A stretch of 64,000 nucleotides of DNA, from assembly GCA_964474405.1 (NCBI GenBank), contig CAYYUV010000006.1, positions 4,779-68,778 of the forward strand, in the 5' to 3' direction. Below, in pieces: positions 28,275 to 38,053 of this stretch. Within the stretch, counting starts at the first letter, position 1; every line of letters starts with the position of its first letter. Source of the stretch: an uncultured Oscillospiraceae bacterium. Its GTDB lineage: Bacteria > Bacillota > Clostridia > Christensenellales > CAG-138. A model generated the notes under the pieces. That model ran no database searches. It was not told the DNA's origin and saw only the letters and a program-made list of their open reading frames with translations. Made by a program: the position numbers and the translations under genes.

Positions 28275-29714
28275 ATGGTCTTTTCGAGCTTGACGTTTCT
28301 GCTGTTGTTCCTGCCGATACTGTTGCTGCTGTATTTTATGTGGAACAATATCCGTTGGCGCAATCTTCTTCTCGTTTTCGCTTCGCTGCTGTTTTACGGC
28401 TGGGGAGAGCCCGTCTGGATTGTGGCCATGCTCGCCGTCACGGCGGTCAATTATGGCATTGCACTGGCCGTTGATCGGGCAAAAAGCACCGGCCTTCGCC
28501 GGTTGTGCCTGACAGTCGGCGTGCTGGCGTCGCTGATGGCGCTGTTCTATTTCAAGTATGCCGCGTTCTTTGTCAACTCCTTCTCGTCCCTGCTTGGGCT
28601 GTCCTATACCATGGCGGAGCAGCAGCTCCCCATCGGCATTTCCTTTTATACTTTTCAGGTGCTGACCTATACGGTCGATGTGTACCGCAAGAAAGCCGAC
28701 GTGCAAAAGAACCCGGTTCGGCTGCTGCTGTATGTATCGTGTTTTCCACAGCTTATTGCGGGACCTATCGTGCAATATGCGGACGTGGCCGGCATGCTGG
28801 ATGCGCGTACGACCACACCGGATGATTTTTCATCCGGCATGAAACGGTTCGTGGTGGGTCTGTCCAAAAAGATTCTGCTGGCCAACATCTGCGGCGAGGC
28901 GCTGGAGCAGACCGTGCTTGCGGGCGCCGGGGTCGAGCTGTCGCTTGCGGGCGCCTGGTTTTCGGCAATCCTCTATTCGATGCAGCTCTTTTTCGATTTT
29001 TCCGCCTATTCAGACATGGCGATCGGCCTTGGCCGCGTGCTCGGCTTTCGCTATAAGGAGAACTTTAACTATCCGTACATCTCAAAGTCAATTACCGAGT
29101 TCTGGCGCAGGTGGCATATGTCCCTGTCCGGCTTTTTCCGCGATTATGTCTATATCCCACTGGGCGGCAACCGCCGGGGCGTCGCCCGCACGATCCTGAA
29201 CCTTGCCATTGTTTGGTCGCTGACGGGACTTTGGCATGGCGCAAGCTGGAATTTTGTCGTTTGGGGGCTGTATTATTTTGTGATCCTCGTGCTGGAGCGC
29301 TTTGTGTTTGCAAAGACGCTGGAGCGCACGCCCAAGGCGATTCGGCTGATCTATTCTCTCATCATGATCGTCATCGGCTGGGTTATCTTTTACTATACGG
29401 ATTTTGCTGCGGGACAGACGCATATCCTTGCGATGTTCGGCCTTGCCTACGACGCTGCAAACGGCCTGCATTTTGTACAGCTGATTGATCCCACGACCGT
29501 TTCCGTGCTCAAGAAATACACGGTGTATCCGCTGATCTGCGCCCTCTGCTGCATGCCGGTGATCCCGACGCTGGAGCGTTGGTTCGCCAGATCTCCGCGG
29601 CTCGAGCGCGCGGGCAGCGTGCTGGGTGCTGTCACGCTGACGGTGCTGCTGCTGCTTTCCATGCTGTTCTTGATCGGGCAAAGCTACAACCCGTTCATTT
29701 ATTTCCGATTCTGA
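28275..29714 (+). CDS. MBOAT-family membrane O-acyltransferase (AlgI/DltB-like), copy 2
   Basis: Paralogous to 21958..23358, with FYTFQVLTYTVDVYRK and EFWRRWHMSLSGFFRDYVYIPLGG. Confidence 0.85.
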   Translation: MVFSSLTFLLLFLPILLLLYFMWNNIRWRNLLLVFASLLFYGWGEPVWIVAMLAVTAVNYGIALAVDRAKSTGLRRLCLTVGVLASLMALFYFKYAAFFVNSFSSLLGLSYTMAEQQLPIGISFYTFQVLTYTVDVYRKKADVQKNPVRLLLYVSCFPQLIAGPIVQYADVAGMLDARTTTPDDFSSGMKRFVVGLSKKILLANICGEALEQTVLAGAGVELSLAGAWFSAILYSMQLFFDFSAYSDMAIGLGRVLGFRYKENFNYPYISKSITEFWRRWHMSLSGFFRDYVYIPLGGNRRGVARTILNLAIVWSLTGLWHGASWNFVVWGLYYFVILVLERFVFAKTLERTPKAIRLIYSLIMIVIGWVIFYYTDFAAGQTHILAMFGLAYDAANGLHFVQLIDPTTVSVLKKYTVYPLICALCCMPVIPTLERWFARSPRLERAGSVLGAVTLTVLLLLSMLFLIGQSYNPFIYFRF

Positions 29715-29725
29715 TGGAGCACGCT

Positions 29726-31060
29726 ATGCCGAAAAAGAATGCTTCGTTCGTATTCGTATATTGGTGGGTCATGACGCTCGGCGTGCTGGGCGTGATGATG
29801 CTGTTCCTTGCCAACCGCACGGCGCGCGCTTCTGTGACGGAAAATCGGATGCTGTCCGGTATGCCGGAGCTGACGGCGCAAACCGTCCGCGACGGCAGCT
29901 TCATGACCGGGTTTGAGACATTTTTGTCGGACGGATTTTTCTTTCGGGATACGGTGATTGGGTTGTCATCCCGGATCATCGGCACTTTTTCGGTGCTCGC
30001 GCCCACGGAAACAGCCGGGGCGGAGGCCGAAGCCGAAGTCGCCGCCTTTGCCGAGCCGCCTTTGACGGAGGAGCAGCCTGCGCCTGCCGCCGCTGCACAG
30101 AACCCGACGGAGCCCACGGCTGATACCGCGCCCGGCGCAGCACAGACTGAGGCTGAAAGTGCGGACGGCGTCAGTGAGCAATATTTTTATATGGACAAGC
30201 CGGACGGCTCGCGCACGGTCATCTATCGGTATTCTCCGGAGAACATCCGTGCGGCCGCCGCCTCTCTCAATGCCTATCGTGCCGCGTTGCCGGATGACGG
30301 GCGCGTGTTCTTTGCACAGATCCCGTTCTCGCACACAGCCAACGCATGGACGCGTCAGCATACCTACACAGGCTGGGAAAGCACAGTTGAGGATGCGGTG
30401 GCGTCCCTCACGGACGACGGGGTATCGGTGATCAACACCCCGGAGGTTCTGGCTCCGTATCTGGAGGCAGGGGAGAACGTATATTTTACGACGGATCATC
30501 ACTGGACCGGCTTTGGCGCGGACTGTCTGGTGCAGGACATCCAGCAGTCGTGCGGCTTGCCGCCTGTCAGTTACGACGACTATGCCTTTCAGGTGAATGC
30601 AAACGCCGTGATGAAACAAAGCTACGTCGGAACCGGCATGTCCGACGTGCTTGAGGTGCCCGAACTGCTGATGCCTGCGCGCAGCTTTGTGATCAACCGG
30701 CTGACGGAATTGCGCGAGAATGACCCGATGAAGGACATTTCGATCGGATACTTGGCGTTTCTTGGCGGTACGTTGGGCCCGTGGCGACAGATGGTGACGG
30801 GATATCACACCGGGCGCAACGCGCTGGTGATCTGCGATTCCTACGGTAATGCGTTCACCGCCTTTTTGCTGCCGTATTACGATGAAGTGCATGTGGTGGA
30901 TTATCGTCCCGCATATTACTCGCCGGAGACGGCCGGCGCATCGACCAGCACATACCTTGCGCATTACGGCATTGACGATGTATACGTCATTCTGTCCACT
31001 GCGTCCGGCATCAACTCCTGGTACATGCTCAGTTATCTGACGCAGTATCTGGACGATTAG
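29726..31060 (+). CDS. DHHW-family protein, copy 2
   Basis: N-terminal TM, an Ala/Glu/Pro low-complexity linker, TTDHHW (about 30494-30505) and ICDSYGNAF (about 30830-30856). An alternative ATG at 29714 overlaps the MBOAT stop. Confidence 0.7.
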   Translation: MPKKNASFVFVYWWVMTLGVLGVMMLFLANRTARASVTENRMLSGMPELTAQTVRDGSFMTGFETFLSDGFFFRDTVIGLSSRIIGTFSVLAPTETAGAEAEAEVAAFAEPPLTEEQPAPAAAAQNPTEPTADTAPGAAQTEAESADGVSEQYFYMDKPDGSRTVIYRYSPENIRAAAASLNAYRAALPDDGRVFFAQIPFSHTANAWTRQHTYTGWESTVEDAVASLTDDGVSVINTPEVLAPYLEAGENVYFTTDHHWTGFGADCLVQDIQQSCGLPPVSYDDYAFQVNANAVMKQSYVGTGMSDVLEVPELLMPARSFVINRLTELRENDPMKDISIGYLAFLGGTLGPWRQMVTGYHTGRNALVICDSYGNAFTAFLLPYYDEVHVVDYRPAYYSPETAGASTSTYLAHYGIDDVYVILSTASGINSWYMLSYLTQYLDD

Positions 31061-31068
31061 GAGGCGGC

Positions 31069-32439
31069 ATGCAGAGAAAATTTTCTTTCATCGTTACTTA
31101 CTGGTGGTGTATGCTGCTTGCGGTGATCGGGCTGGCGGTATTTTGCCGTGCGAGCATCTCAAGCGTGATCTCCGAGCAGGAGAATAGGACGTTGCAGACG
31201 CTCCCGTCGCTGACCGCTGAATCTTGGAAGAACGGCAGCTTCACCGCTGAGCTTGAATCCTACCTGTCGGATTATTTTCCGTGGCGTTCCAGAATGCTGG
31301 ATCAGTCCGCCAACCTGATGGACGCGTTATCGGTGCGGGACGCCGAAGAAGTGCTGGTCAGCATTGATCTTGGTGCAAAGCTCGAGGGCGTGGAGGGTGC
31401 GGCATCCAGCGGCGCTTACGCAGACGATGGCAGCGCCGATTCACAGGCATCCGCGGAGCCTTCACCGCAGGAGGATAACGCGCTCGCCGGCTCTGCACAG
31501 AGCGTCGAGAACGACCCCGTTCCGCTGAGCGGATATTCTAAATACGCCTTTAGCTATCGAAATACTGACGGCGGGTACAGCAACATATATCGGTTCGGGG
31601 ATGACGCGATCGCTGAGACGGTCAATTCGCTCAACGCATACCGAAGCGTGTTGCCGGCAGACGGAACAGTTTCCTTTACCTATGTGCCCTATTCTCAGGT
31701 CGCCAACGGCTGGCTGCTGGGTACGGATCGATGCGGGTGGGCAAGCAACGTTGAGGAAGCGCTGCAGGAGGCCGTGTCTGACGGCGTGTATGTGTATTCC
31801 TCCGTCAATGAGCTTGAGCCATATATGCGCGACGGGGAACCGGTCTTTTATAAGACCGACCATCATTGGAGCACGCGCGGCGCGTATCACATGCAGCGGC
31901 TGATGCTGGAAGCGCGCGGAGTTCCCAGCGCGGACTATGAGGATTTTTCCTATGTGGTTCACGACGATTTTCTGGGCTCGATCTATAATCAGGTGCGCGG
32001 ACTGACCCTTCAGATCCTGTCTGACGAGCTGGATGTGCCGGACGCGCTGGCACCGACGCGCGCGTATGTCTACCGTGATTTGAACGTGCTGATACGCGAG
32101 GTGCGTTATATGGAGCCGGAGCGCAACAGCTACAGCGCCATTTTGGGCGGCACGCATACGCCGTGGTATGTGGTTGAGACCGGATTCCACACCGGTCGCA
32201 ACGCATTGGTGGTCTGCGATTCGTTTGGCAATGCGTTCATCCCGTATCTGACGCCGTATTATGACACCGTGTGCCAGGTCGATCTACGGGAGAACTATGA
32301 CTTCGGCTCGGACGGCGGTGCCTCGATTCGGAGCTATGTGGATTACTACGGGATTGATGACGTGTATTTTGTCGTGTCAACCGGCTGCGGCATCAATTCC
32401 AGCTATATGCGCAGCATTGTCATACAATACCTCGGATAG
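31069..32439 (+). CDS. DHHW-family protein, copy 3
   Basis: N-terminal TM, KTDHHW (about 31858-31869) and VCDSFGNAF (about 32211-32237). Its C-terminus parallels that of copy 2. Confidence 0.7.
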   Translation: MQRKFSFIVTYWWCMLLAVIGLAVFCRASISSVISEQENRTLQTLPSLTAESWKNGSFTAELESYLSDYFPWRSRMLDQSANLMDALSVRDAEEVLVSIDLGAKLEGVEGAASSGAYADDGSADSQASAEPSPQEDNALAGSAQSVENDPVPLSGYSKYAFSYRNTDGGYSNIYRFGDDAIAETVNSLNAYRSVLPADGTVSFTYVPYSQVANGWLLGTDRCGWASNVEEALQEAVSDGVYVYSSVNELEPYMRDGEPVFYKTDHHWSTRGAYHMQRLMLEARGVPSADYEDFSYVVHDDFLGSIYNQVRGLTLQILSDELDVPDALAPTRAYVYRDLNVLIREVRYMEPERNSYSAILGGTHTPWYVVETGFHTGRNALVVCDSFGNAFIPYLTPYYDTVCQVDLRENYDFGSDGGASIRSYVDYYGIDDVYFVVSTGCGINSSYMRSIVIQYLG

Positions 32440-32451
32440 GAGGGTTGCCGA

Positions 32452-33930
32452 ATGAGTATGGTTCAGCAAAAAAATGATGAATGGAAACAGCGCAGGTTCG
32501 TCCGCCGCACCGTGGTCGTGTCCTCTGTGATCATGCTGGTGTTGGTTGTTCTGACGCTTGCTTATTTGCGTTACCGGCCCATGGTTTTGCAGCGGGTCTC
32601 CGAATCGCTGATGGAGCGGGGAAATTATTCGGGGGCGTATCAGGTTCTGTCCCGGCTGGATACCACGGATGAGATAGAGACCATGATGAACGAATGCAGC
32701 TATCGGATCGCGCTCTCTATTTATGAGAAAGGGAATTATCAAAAGGCGCAGCAGCGCTTTTCCGAGCTTGGCGATTATGCCGATAGCAAGACGATGATCC
32801 TTTCCTGCCGCTATCAGGTGGCGGTTCAGGTCTATGCCGAGGGCAGATATGCCGAGGCGCAAGGCATGTTCTATGCGCTTTCGGGATATGCCGACGCCAT
32901 GACGATGTATGATTCCTGCCGCTATCATCAGGCCGAGGATGCCTATCATGCCGGAAATGTATCCGAGGCGCTTTCCATGTATCTGGAGCTTGGCACCTTT
33001 GCCGACGCCAGAGAACGCGCGGAGAGCATCGCCATGGAGATCACCGGCATCGACGATCCGTCGGCCGCCGTTTCCGCGGCAGCGGGCTTGTCGGACGCGG
33101 AGATTGCGGAACGCTCCTATCTCACATCTGTGCGCGCCGCCCTGCCCAATCAGGTGCTGGCAGTCGGCTTCTATCATACCGTCGGGCTGAAGAAGGACGG
33201 TACGGTCGTCGCTGCCGGTCTCAACGACGACGGCCAATGTGACGTGGATGCATGGCGGAATGTCGTTGCCGTGGATGCGGGCGCTTACCATACCGTGGGT
33301 CTGAAGAAGGACGGCACGGTCGTTGCTACGGGTTCCAATGAGTATGGTCAATGTGATGTCGGGGAATGGGACGGCGTTGTTGCCGTTGCCTGCTCCGATT
33401 ATGATACCGTCGCGCTGCTGTCAAACGGTACGCTGATCTCCACCGGTTATCATACCTATGAAACCATGTCCGGCTGGAAGGATGTCCGGGCGATCGGCGC
33501 GGGCTCCTATCTCGTTGTCGCCGTCCGGCAAAACGGCAAGATGCTGGCGACCCATTCCTCCGCGCAGGATGATTCCTTCTCCGATCTGATTGCCGTCGAT
33601 GCTTCGACCGCCTATGCGGTGGGTCTGTTGACGGACGGCACCGTGATGCATACGTTCCTGGATCTGTCCGATTGGCGCAATGTCGTCGCTGTCTCGGCGG
33701 CAAGCACCGCCACCTTCGGCCTGACGGCGGACGGCACCGTTCTCTGTCATTATTTCCGTGCGTCGGATGCGCTGGATTTCTCGGATGTCACCGGCGCGGT
33801 AGCCATCGCCGCAGGCGGCACGCATACGGCCGTGCTGTGCGCAGACGGCAGCGTGCAGACGCGGGGTGACAACGCCTGTGGCCAGTGCAACACCGAGTTT
33901 TGGAGTCTCGGCAGTTACGATATTCCATAG
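32452..33930 (+). CDS. membrane-anchored protein with TPR-like repeats and a C-terminal RCC1-like beta-propeller
   Basis: N-terminal KQRRFVRRT followed by a TM helix. Repeated G-Y-x-x-A...LG-Y-A-D units of about 36 aa come next. Repeated YHTVGLKKDGTVVAAG..DGQCDV blades follow. Confidence 0.65.
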   Translation: MSMVQQKNDEWKQRRFVRRTVVVSSVIMLVLVVLTLAYLRYRPMVLQRVSESLMERGNYSGAYQVLSRLDTTDEIETMMNECSYRIALSIYEKGNYQKAQQRFSELGDYADSKTMILSCRYQVAVQVYAEGRYAEAQGMFYALSGYADAMTMYDSCRYHQAEDAYHAGNVSEALSMYLELGTFADARERAESIAMEITGIDDPSAAVSAAAGLSDAEIAERSYLTSVRAALPNQVLAVGFYHTVGLKKDGTVVAAGLNDDGQCDVDAWRNVVAVDAGAYHTVGLKKDGTVVATGSNEYGQCDVGEWDGVVAVACSDYDTVALLSNGTLISTGYHTYETMSGWKDVRAIGAGSYLVVAVRQNGKMLATHSSAQDDSFSDLIAVDASTAYAVGLLTDGTVMHTFLDLSDWRNVVAVSAASTATFGLTADGTVLCHYFRASDALDFSDVTGAVAIAAGGTHTAVLCADGSVQTRGDNACGQCNTEFWSLGSYDIP

Positions 33931-33943
33931 CCGGAAGGGTTCG

Positions 33944-33977
33944 GGCCGCCTGCGCCATGTGCCGGGCGGCCTTTTTG
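33944..33977 (+). terminator. intrinsic terminator after the MBOAT2 operon
   Basis: GGCCGCC (33944-33950) pairs with GGCGGCC (33965-33971), followed by TTTTT. Confidence 0.6.
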
Positions 33978-34267
33978 ATTTGATGCATAAGTTTCCCTCA
34001 TGCCATGCATCGAAAAGTATCGGTTGCCCGCGGCACGGTTTTTGACCCTTTTTGCTTGAATTATTGATACCGGTATGGTACCCTCTCCTTGTATGAAGAA
34101 AGATGCTTTTTCCCTTCATCCGCAAAGAGAATAACCGGGCGCCCGCGCGCCGTGAGGAACCGTGTCGTATGGGCACGGTTGTCGTATGAATGGCGGCAGA
34201 GCGGCGGATCGAAACGAAAAAAGCTTCTGATCCCACGAACACTATTGATCGCAGGAGGAAAAATGTC

Positions 34268-36514
34268 ATGATCTCGCTGAAGGCTCAAGGGATGTATCTT
34301 GTAAACGGCGTTCCCTGCACGCAGGCGGATGTTCCCGCCGATGAGGCGCGCAAAGGAACCATTGCCTATCGCATCCTGCAGGCGCACAACACCTCAAAGG
34401 ATCCCGACAAGCTCCGGATCCGCTTTGATGCGTTGGTTTCGCACGATATTACTTATGTCGGCATTATCCAGTCCGCCAGGGTGGGCGGCCTCCGTGAGTT
34501 TCCGATCCCCTATGCCATGACAAACTGCCACAATAGCCTGTGCGCGGTCGGCGGCACCATCAACGAGGACGACCATGTGTTCGGTTTGTCCGCCGCCAAG
34601 AAATACGGCGGCATCTATGTCCCCGCCAATCAGAGCGTGATCCATTCCTATGCCCGTGAGGAGCTGGCCGCCTGCGGCAGCATGATCCTGGGCTCGGACA
34701 GCCATACCCGCTACGGCGCGCTTGGCACGATGGGCGTTGGCGAGGGTGGGCCGGAGCTGGTCAAACAGCTTCTGAAAAACACCTATGATATCAACATGCC
34801 CGAGGTGGTCATGGTCTATCTCACCGGCACACCGCGGCGCGGCATCGGCCCGCACGACGTTGCGCTGGCGTTGGTCAAGGCAACCTTTGAAAGCGGCTTT
34901 GTCAAGAACAAGGTGCTGGAGTTTGTGGGTCCCGGCGTCGCCGCGCTGCCCGCCGATTTCCGTAACGGCATCGACGTGATGACCACCGAGACGACGTGCC
35001 TGAGCTCCGTCTGGCAGACGGATGAGCAGATCGCCGACTACTATCGCATTCATCAGCGCCCGCAGGCCTATCAGGAGCTTGCGCCCGCGCCCGTTTCCTA
35101 TTATGACGGCATGATCACCATCGAGCTGGATAAGGTCGAAGCCATGATCGCGCTGCCGTTCCATCCGTCGAACGCCTATACCATCCATGAGTTTCAGCAG
35201 CGTGCGCCGGAACTGCTTGCCGCCGTCGAGGCGGAGGCCAAGTCGCTGTTCAAAAAGGCTGCGCCGCATCTGACCTGCAAGGCGCATGACGGAAAGGTTT
35301 ACGCCGATCAGGGCATCATCGCCGGCTGCTCGGGCGGTCTGTTCGACAACATCGACGAAGCCGCCGCCATTTTGAAGGACGGCAGCACCGGAAACGGCTA
35401 TTTCAGCCTCTCCGTCTATCCGACCAGCGTGCCGGTCAGCCTGGAACTGACGCGGATCGGCGCCACCGAGTCTTTGCTTGAGGCGGGCGCTGTCATCAAG
35501 CCCTCCTTCTGCGGGCCGTGCTTCGGCGCCGGCGACGTCCCTGCCAACAACGGTCTTTCGCTGCGGCACACCACGCGCAATTTCCCCAACCGCGAGGGCA
35601 GCAAACCCGGTGAGGGTCAGCTCGCAGCCGTCGCGCTCATGGACGCGCGTTCCATCGCGGCGACTGCCAGAAACGGCGGCGTCGTTACCGCGGCCACCGA
35701 CATCGACTATACGCCGGTGCATCATGAGTATCGCTTTGACAAGGCCGTGTATGACCGTCGGTTGTATTACGGCTTCGGCAAGGCAGATCCGGATGCCGAG
35801 CTGGTTCTGGGGCCGAACATCACCGATTGGCCGACCATCTATCCGCTGGAAGAGAACCTGCTTGTCGAGCTGGCTGCCGTGATCCGCGATCCGGTCACCA
35901 CCACCGATGAACTGATTCCCTCAGGCGAAACGTCCAGCTATCGCAGCAATCCGCTGCGTCTCGCGGAGTTTGCGCTTTCGCGCCGCGTTCCGGAGTATGT
36001 TGGCCGCAGCAAGGCTGCCGCTGCGCTGGAGCTGGATCGGCGTGCCGGCAAAGCGCCGGATAAGCTCAAAAGCGTGTTGTCCCGGCTTGGCAACGCCGAT
36101 GCGCTCATCAAGAACACACAGTTCGGCTCGTGTGTCTTTGCAAACAAACCCGGCGACGGCTCTGCTCGTGAGCAGGCGGCGTCCTGCCAGAAGGTGCTCG
36201 GCGGCTGCGCCAATATCTGCTATGAATATGCGACCAAGCGGTACCGTTCCAACTGCATCAACTGGGGCATTGTGCCGTTTACGCTGGATGCGGACGCCGC
36301 GTTCCCGTACGAGGACGGCGATTGCGTGTTTGTCCCGGGGATCCGCGCCGCGATCGAGAACGGCGTTGAGACGATGCCCGGCAAGGTCGTCCGCAAGAGT
36401 GGCGAGGTGGATGATATCACGCTGTATGTGAAGGGGTTGACCGCCGACGAGAAACAGATTCTCAGCACGGGCTGCCTGATGAACTTCTATGCGGCCAGCA
36501 ACTGTGACCGTTAA
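34268..36514 (+). CDS. aconitate hydratase (aconitase family, about 750 aa)
   Basis: AGGAGG RBS. Aconitase-family GSDSHTRYGALG motif; C-terminal swivel-domain-like region. Confidence 0.75.
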   Translation: MISLKAQGMYLVNGVPCTQADVPADEARKGTIAYRILQAHNTSKDPDKLRIRFDALVSHDITYVGIIQSARVGGLREFPIPYAMTNCHNSLCAVGGTINEDDHVFGLSAAKKYGGIYVPANQSVIHSYAREELAACGSMILGSDSHTRYGALGTMGVGEGGPELVKQLLKNTYDINMPEVVMVYLTGTPRRGIGPHDVALALVKATFESGFVKNKVLEFVGPGVAALPADFRNGIDVMTTETTCLSSVWQTDEQIADYYRIHQRPQAYQELAPAPVSYYDGMITIELDKVEAMIALPFHPSNAYTIHEFQQRAPELLAAVEAEAKSLFKKAAPHLTCKAHDGKVYADQGIIAGCSGGLFDNIDEAAAILKDGSTGNGYFSLSVYPTSVPVSLELTRIGATESLLEAGAVIKPSFCGPCFGAGDVPANNGLSLRHTTRNFPNREGSKPGEGQLAAVALMDARSIAATARNGGVVTAATDIDYTPVHHEYRFDKAVYDRRLYYGFGKADPDAELVLGPNITDWPTIYPLEENLLVELAAVIRDPVTTTDELIPSGETSSYRSNPLRLAEFALSRRVPEYVGRSKAAAALELDRRAGKAPDKLKSVLSRLGNADALIKNTQFGSCVFANKPGDGSAREQAASCQKVLGGCANICYEYATKRYRSNCINWGIVPFTLDADAAFPYEDGDCVFVPGIRAAIENGVETMPGKVVRKSGEVDDITLYVKGLTADEKQILSTGCLMNFYAASNCDR

Positions 36515-36532
36515 ATAAGGAAGGAGATCGTT

Positions 36533-37744
36533 ATGGAAAAAATCAGCATGGCAACGCCGATCGTGGAGATGGACGGCGACGAAATGACCCGCATTATCTG
36601 GAAGCTGATCAAGGATGAGCTGCTTCTCCCGTTTGTTGACCTGAAGACGGAATATTATGATCTGTCCCTGCCGGAGCGCGACCGCACGCGCGACGCCGTC
36701 ACGCATGAGGCGGGCAACGCCATCAAACGTCTGGGCGTCGGCGTCAAGTGCGCGACCATAACCCCCAACGCCCAGCGCGTTAAGGAGTACAATCTGACTG
36801 AGATGTGGAAGAGCCCCAACGGCACCATCCGCGCCATCCTGGACGGCACCGTGTTCCGCGCGCCGATCCTGATCGATTCGATCAAGCCGGTCGTCAAGAA
36901 CTGGAAAAAGCCCATCACCATCGCCCGTCATGCCTATGGCGATGTGTATAAGGGAACCGAGTACCGCGTACCCGAGAAGGGAAAAGCCGAGCTGGTCTTT
37001 ACCGGCGAGAACGGCGCGACCTTCCGCGAAACCGTGTACGATTTTGAGTGCCCCGGCGTGCTTCAGGCCATGTACAACAAGGATTCCTCGATCCGCTCGT
37101 TTGCACATTCCTGCTTCCAGTACGCGCTCAATACCAAACAGGATCTGTGGTTCTCCGCCAAAGATACCATTTCCAAGAAGTATGATCAGACGTTCAAAAT
37201 GATCTTTGAGGAGATCTTTGAGAACGAGTACAAGGAAAAGTTTGCGCAGGCTGGAATTACCTATTTCTATACGCTGATCGACGACGCCGTGGCGCGTGTC
37301 ATCCGCAGCGAGGGCGGCTATATCTGGGCATGCAAAAACTATGACGGCGACGTCATGAGTGACATGGTCAGCACAGCGTTCGGTTCCCTTGCGATGATGA
37401 CCAGCGTGCTGTGCAGCCCGGACGGAAAGTTTGAATATGAGGCCGCGCACGGCACCGTCACGCGTCACTACTACAAATTCCTCAAGGGCGAGGAAACCTC
37501 GACAAACCCTATGGCAACCATCTTTGCTTGGAGCGGCGCGCTCAAAAAACGCGGCGAGCTAGACGGGCTTGCCGGGCTCGTTCGCTTTGGTGAGAAGCTG
37601 GAGGAAGCATGCTTCGACACGCTCAACGAGGGTGTTATGACCAAGGATCTTGTCGGCCTTGTCGAGGGCGCGCGTCTGGAAGCCGTCAATACGGAGACCT
37701 TTATTGCGGAGATTCGCAAACGTCTTGAGAAAAAGCTAGCATAA
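36533..37744 (+). CDS. icd: NADP-dependent isocitrate dehydrogenase (homodimeric, eukaryotic-like type)
   Basis: PIVEMDGDEMTRIIWKLIKDELLLPFVDL N-terminus and a length of about 400 aa, typical of the IDH1-like subfamily. Confidence 0.85.
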   Translation: MEKISMATPIVEMDGDEMTRIIWKLIKDELLLPFVDLKTEYYDLSLPERDRTRDAVTHEAGNAIKRLGVGVKCATITPNAQRVKEYNLTEMWKSPNGTIRAILDGTVFRAPILIDSIKPVVKNWKKPITIARHAYGDVYKGTEYRVPEKGKAELVFTGENGATFRETVYDFECPGVLQAMYNKDSSIRSFAHSCFQYALNTKQDLWFSAKDTISKKYDQTFKMIFEEIFENEYKEKFAQAGITYFYTLIDDAVARVIRSEGGYIWACKNYDGDVMSDMVSTAFGSLAMMTSVLCSPDGKFEYEAAHGTVTRHYYKFLKGEETSTNPMATIFAWSGALKKRGELDGLAGLVRFGEKLEEACFDTLNEGVMTKDLVGLVEGARLEAVNTETFIAEIRKRLEKKLA

Positions 37745-37756
37745 GGAGGCAGGGGT

Positions 37757-38053
37757 ATGCAACTGGTCAAAACCGGCGTCGCAGGCACGATGGAATCGAG
37801 CGACATCATGATTCGCATCGAGCCAAGGGAGAACGGCGGCATCGCCGTGGATCTGCAATCCAGCGTGATGCAGCAGTTTGGCCGTCAAATCGAGCAGGTG
37901 ATCCGTGATACGCTGGCGGATCTCGGCGTTGCAAACGCTGAGGTACACGCCGTTGACAAGGGCGCTCTGGACTGCACGGTTCGGGCGCGCGTCGGCGCCG
38001 CTGTCTACCGCGGAGCCGAATCGGACGAATATCATTGGAGGACAAAGGCATGA
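37757..38053 (+). CDS. citD: citrate lyase acyl carrier protein (gamma subunit)
   Basis: 98 aa; contains AGTMESSD (prosthetic-group serine context) and DKGALDCT. Confidence 0.85.
   Translation: MQLVKTGVAGTMESSDIMIRIEPRENGGIAVDLQSSVMQQFGRQIEQVIRDTLADLGVANAEVHAVDKGALDCTVRARVGAAVYRGAESDEYHWRTKA

Noticed and set aside
5666-33351. Other long ORFs opposite to the coding strand: 5666..6712, 6763..7572, 12058..13281, 14353..15126, 18242..19174, 19559..20224, 21649..22908, 28224..28775, 29088..29681, 29966..30964, 31462..32190, 32377..33351.
   Set aside because: Each overlaps a same-region gene on the opposite strand that has better motif support, a start/RBS context and GC3 phasing.
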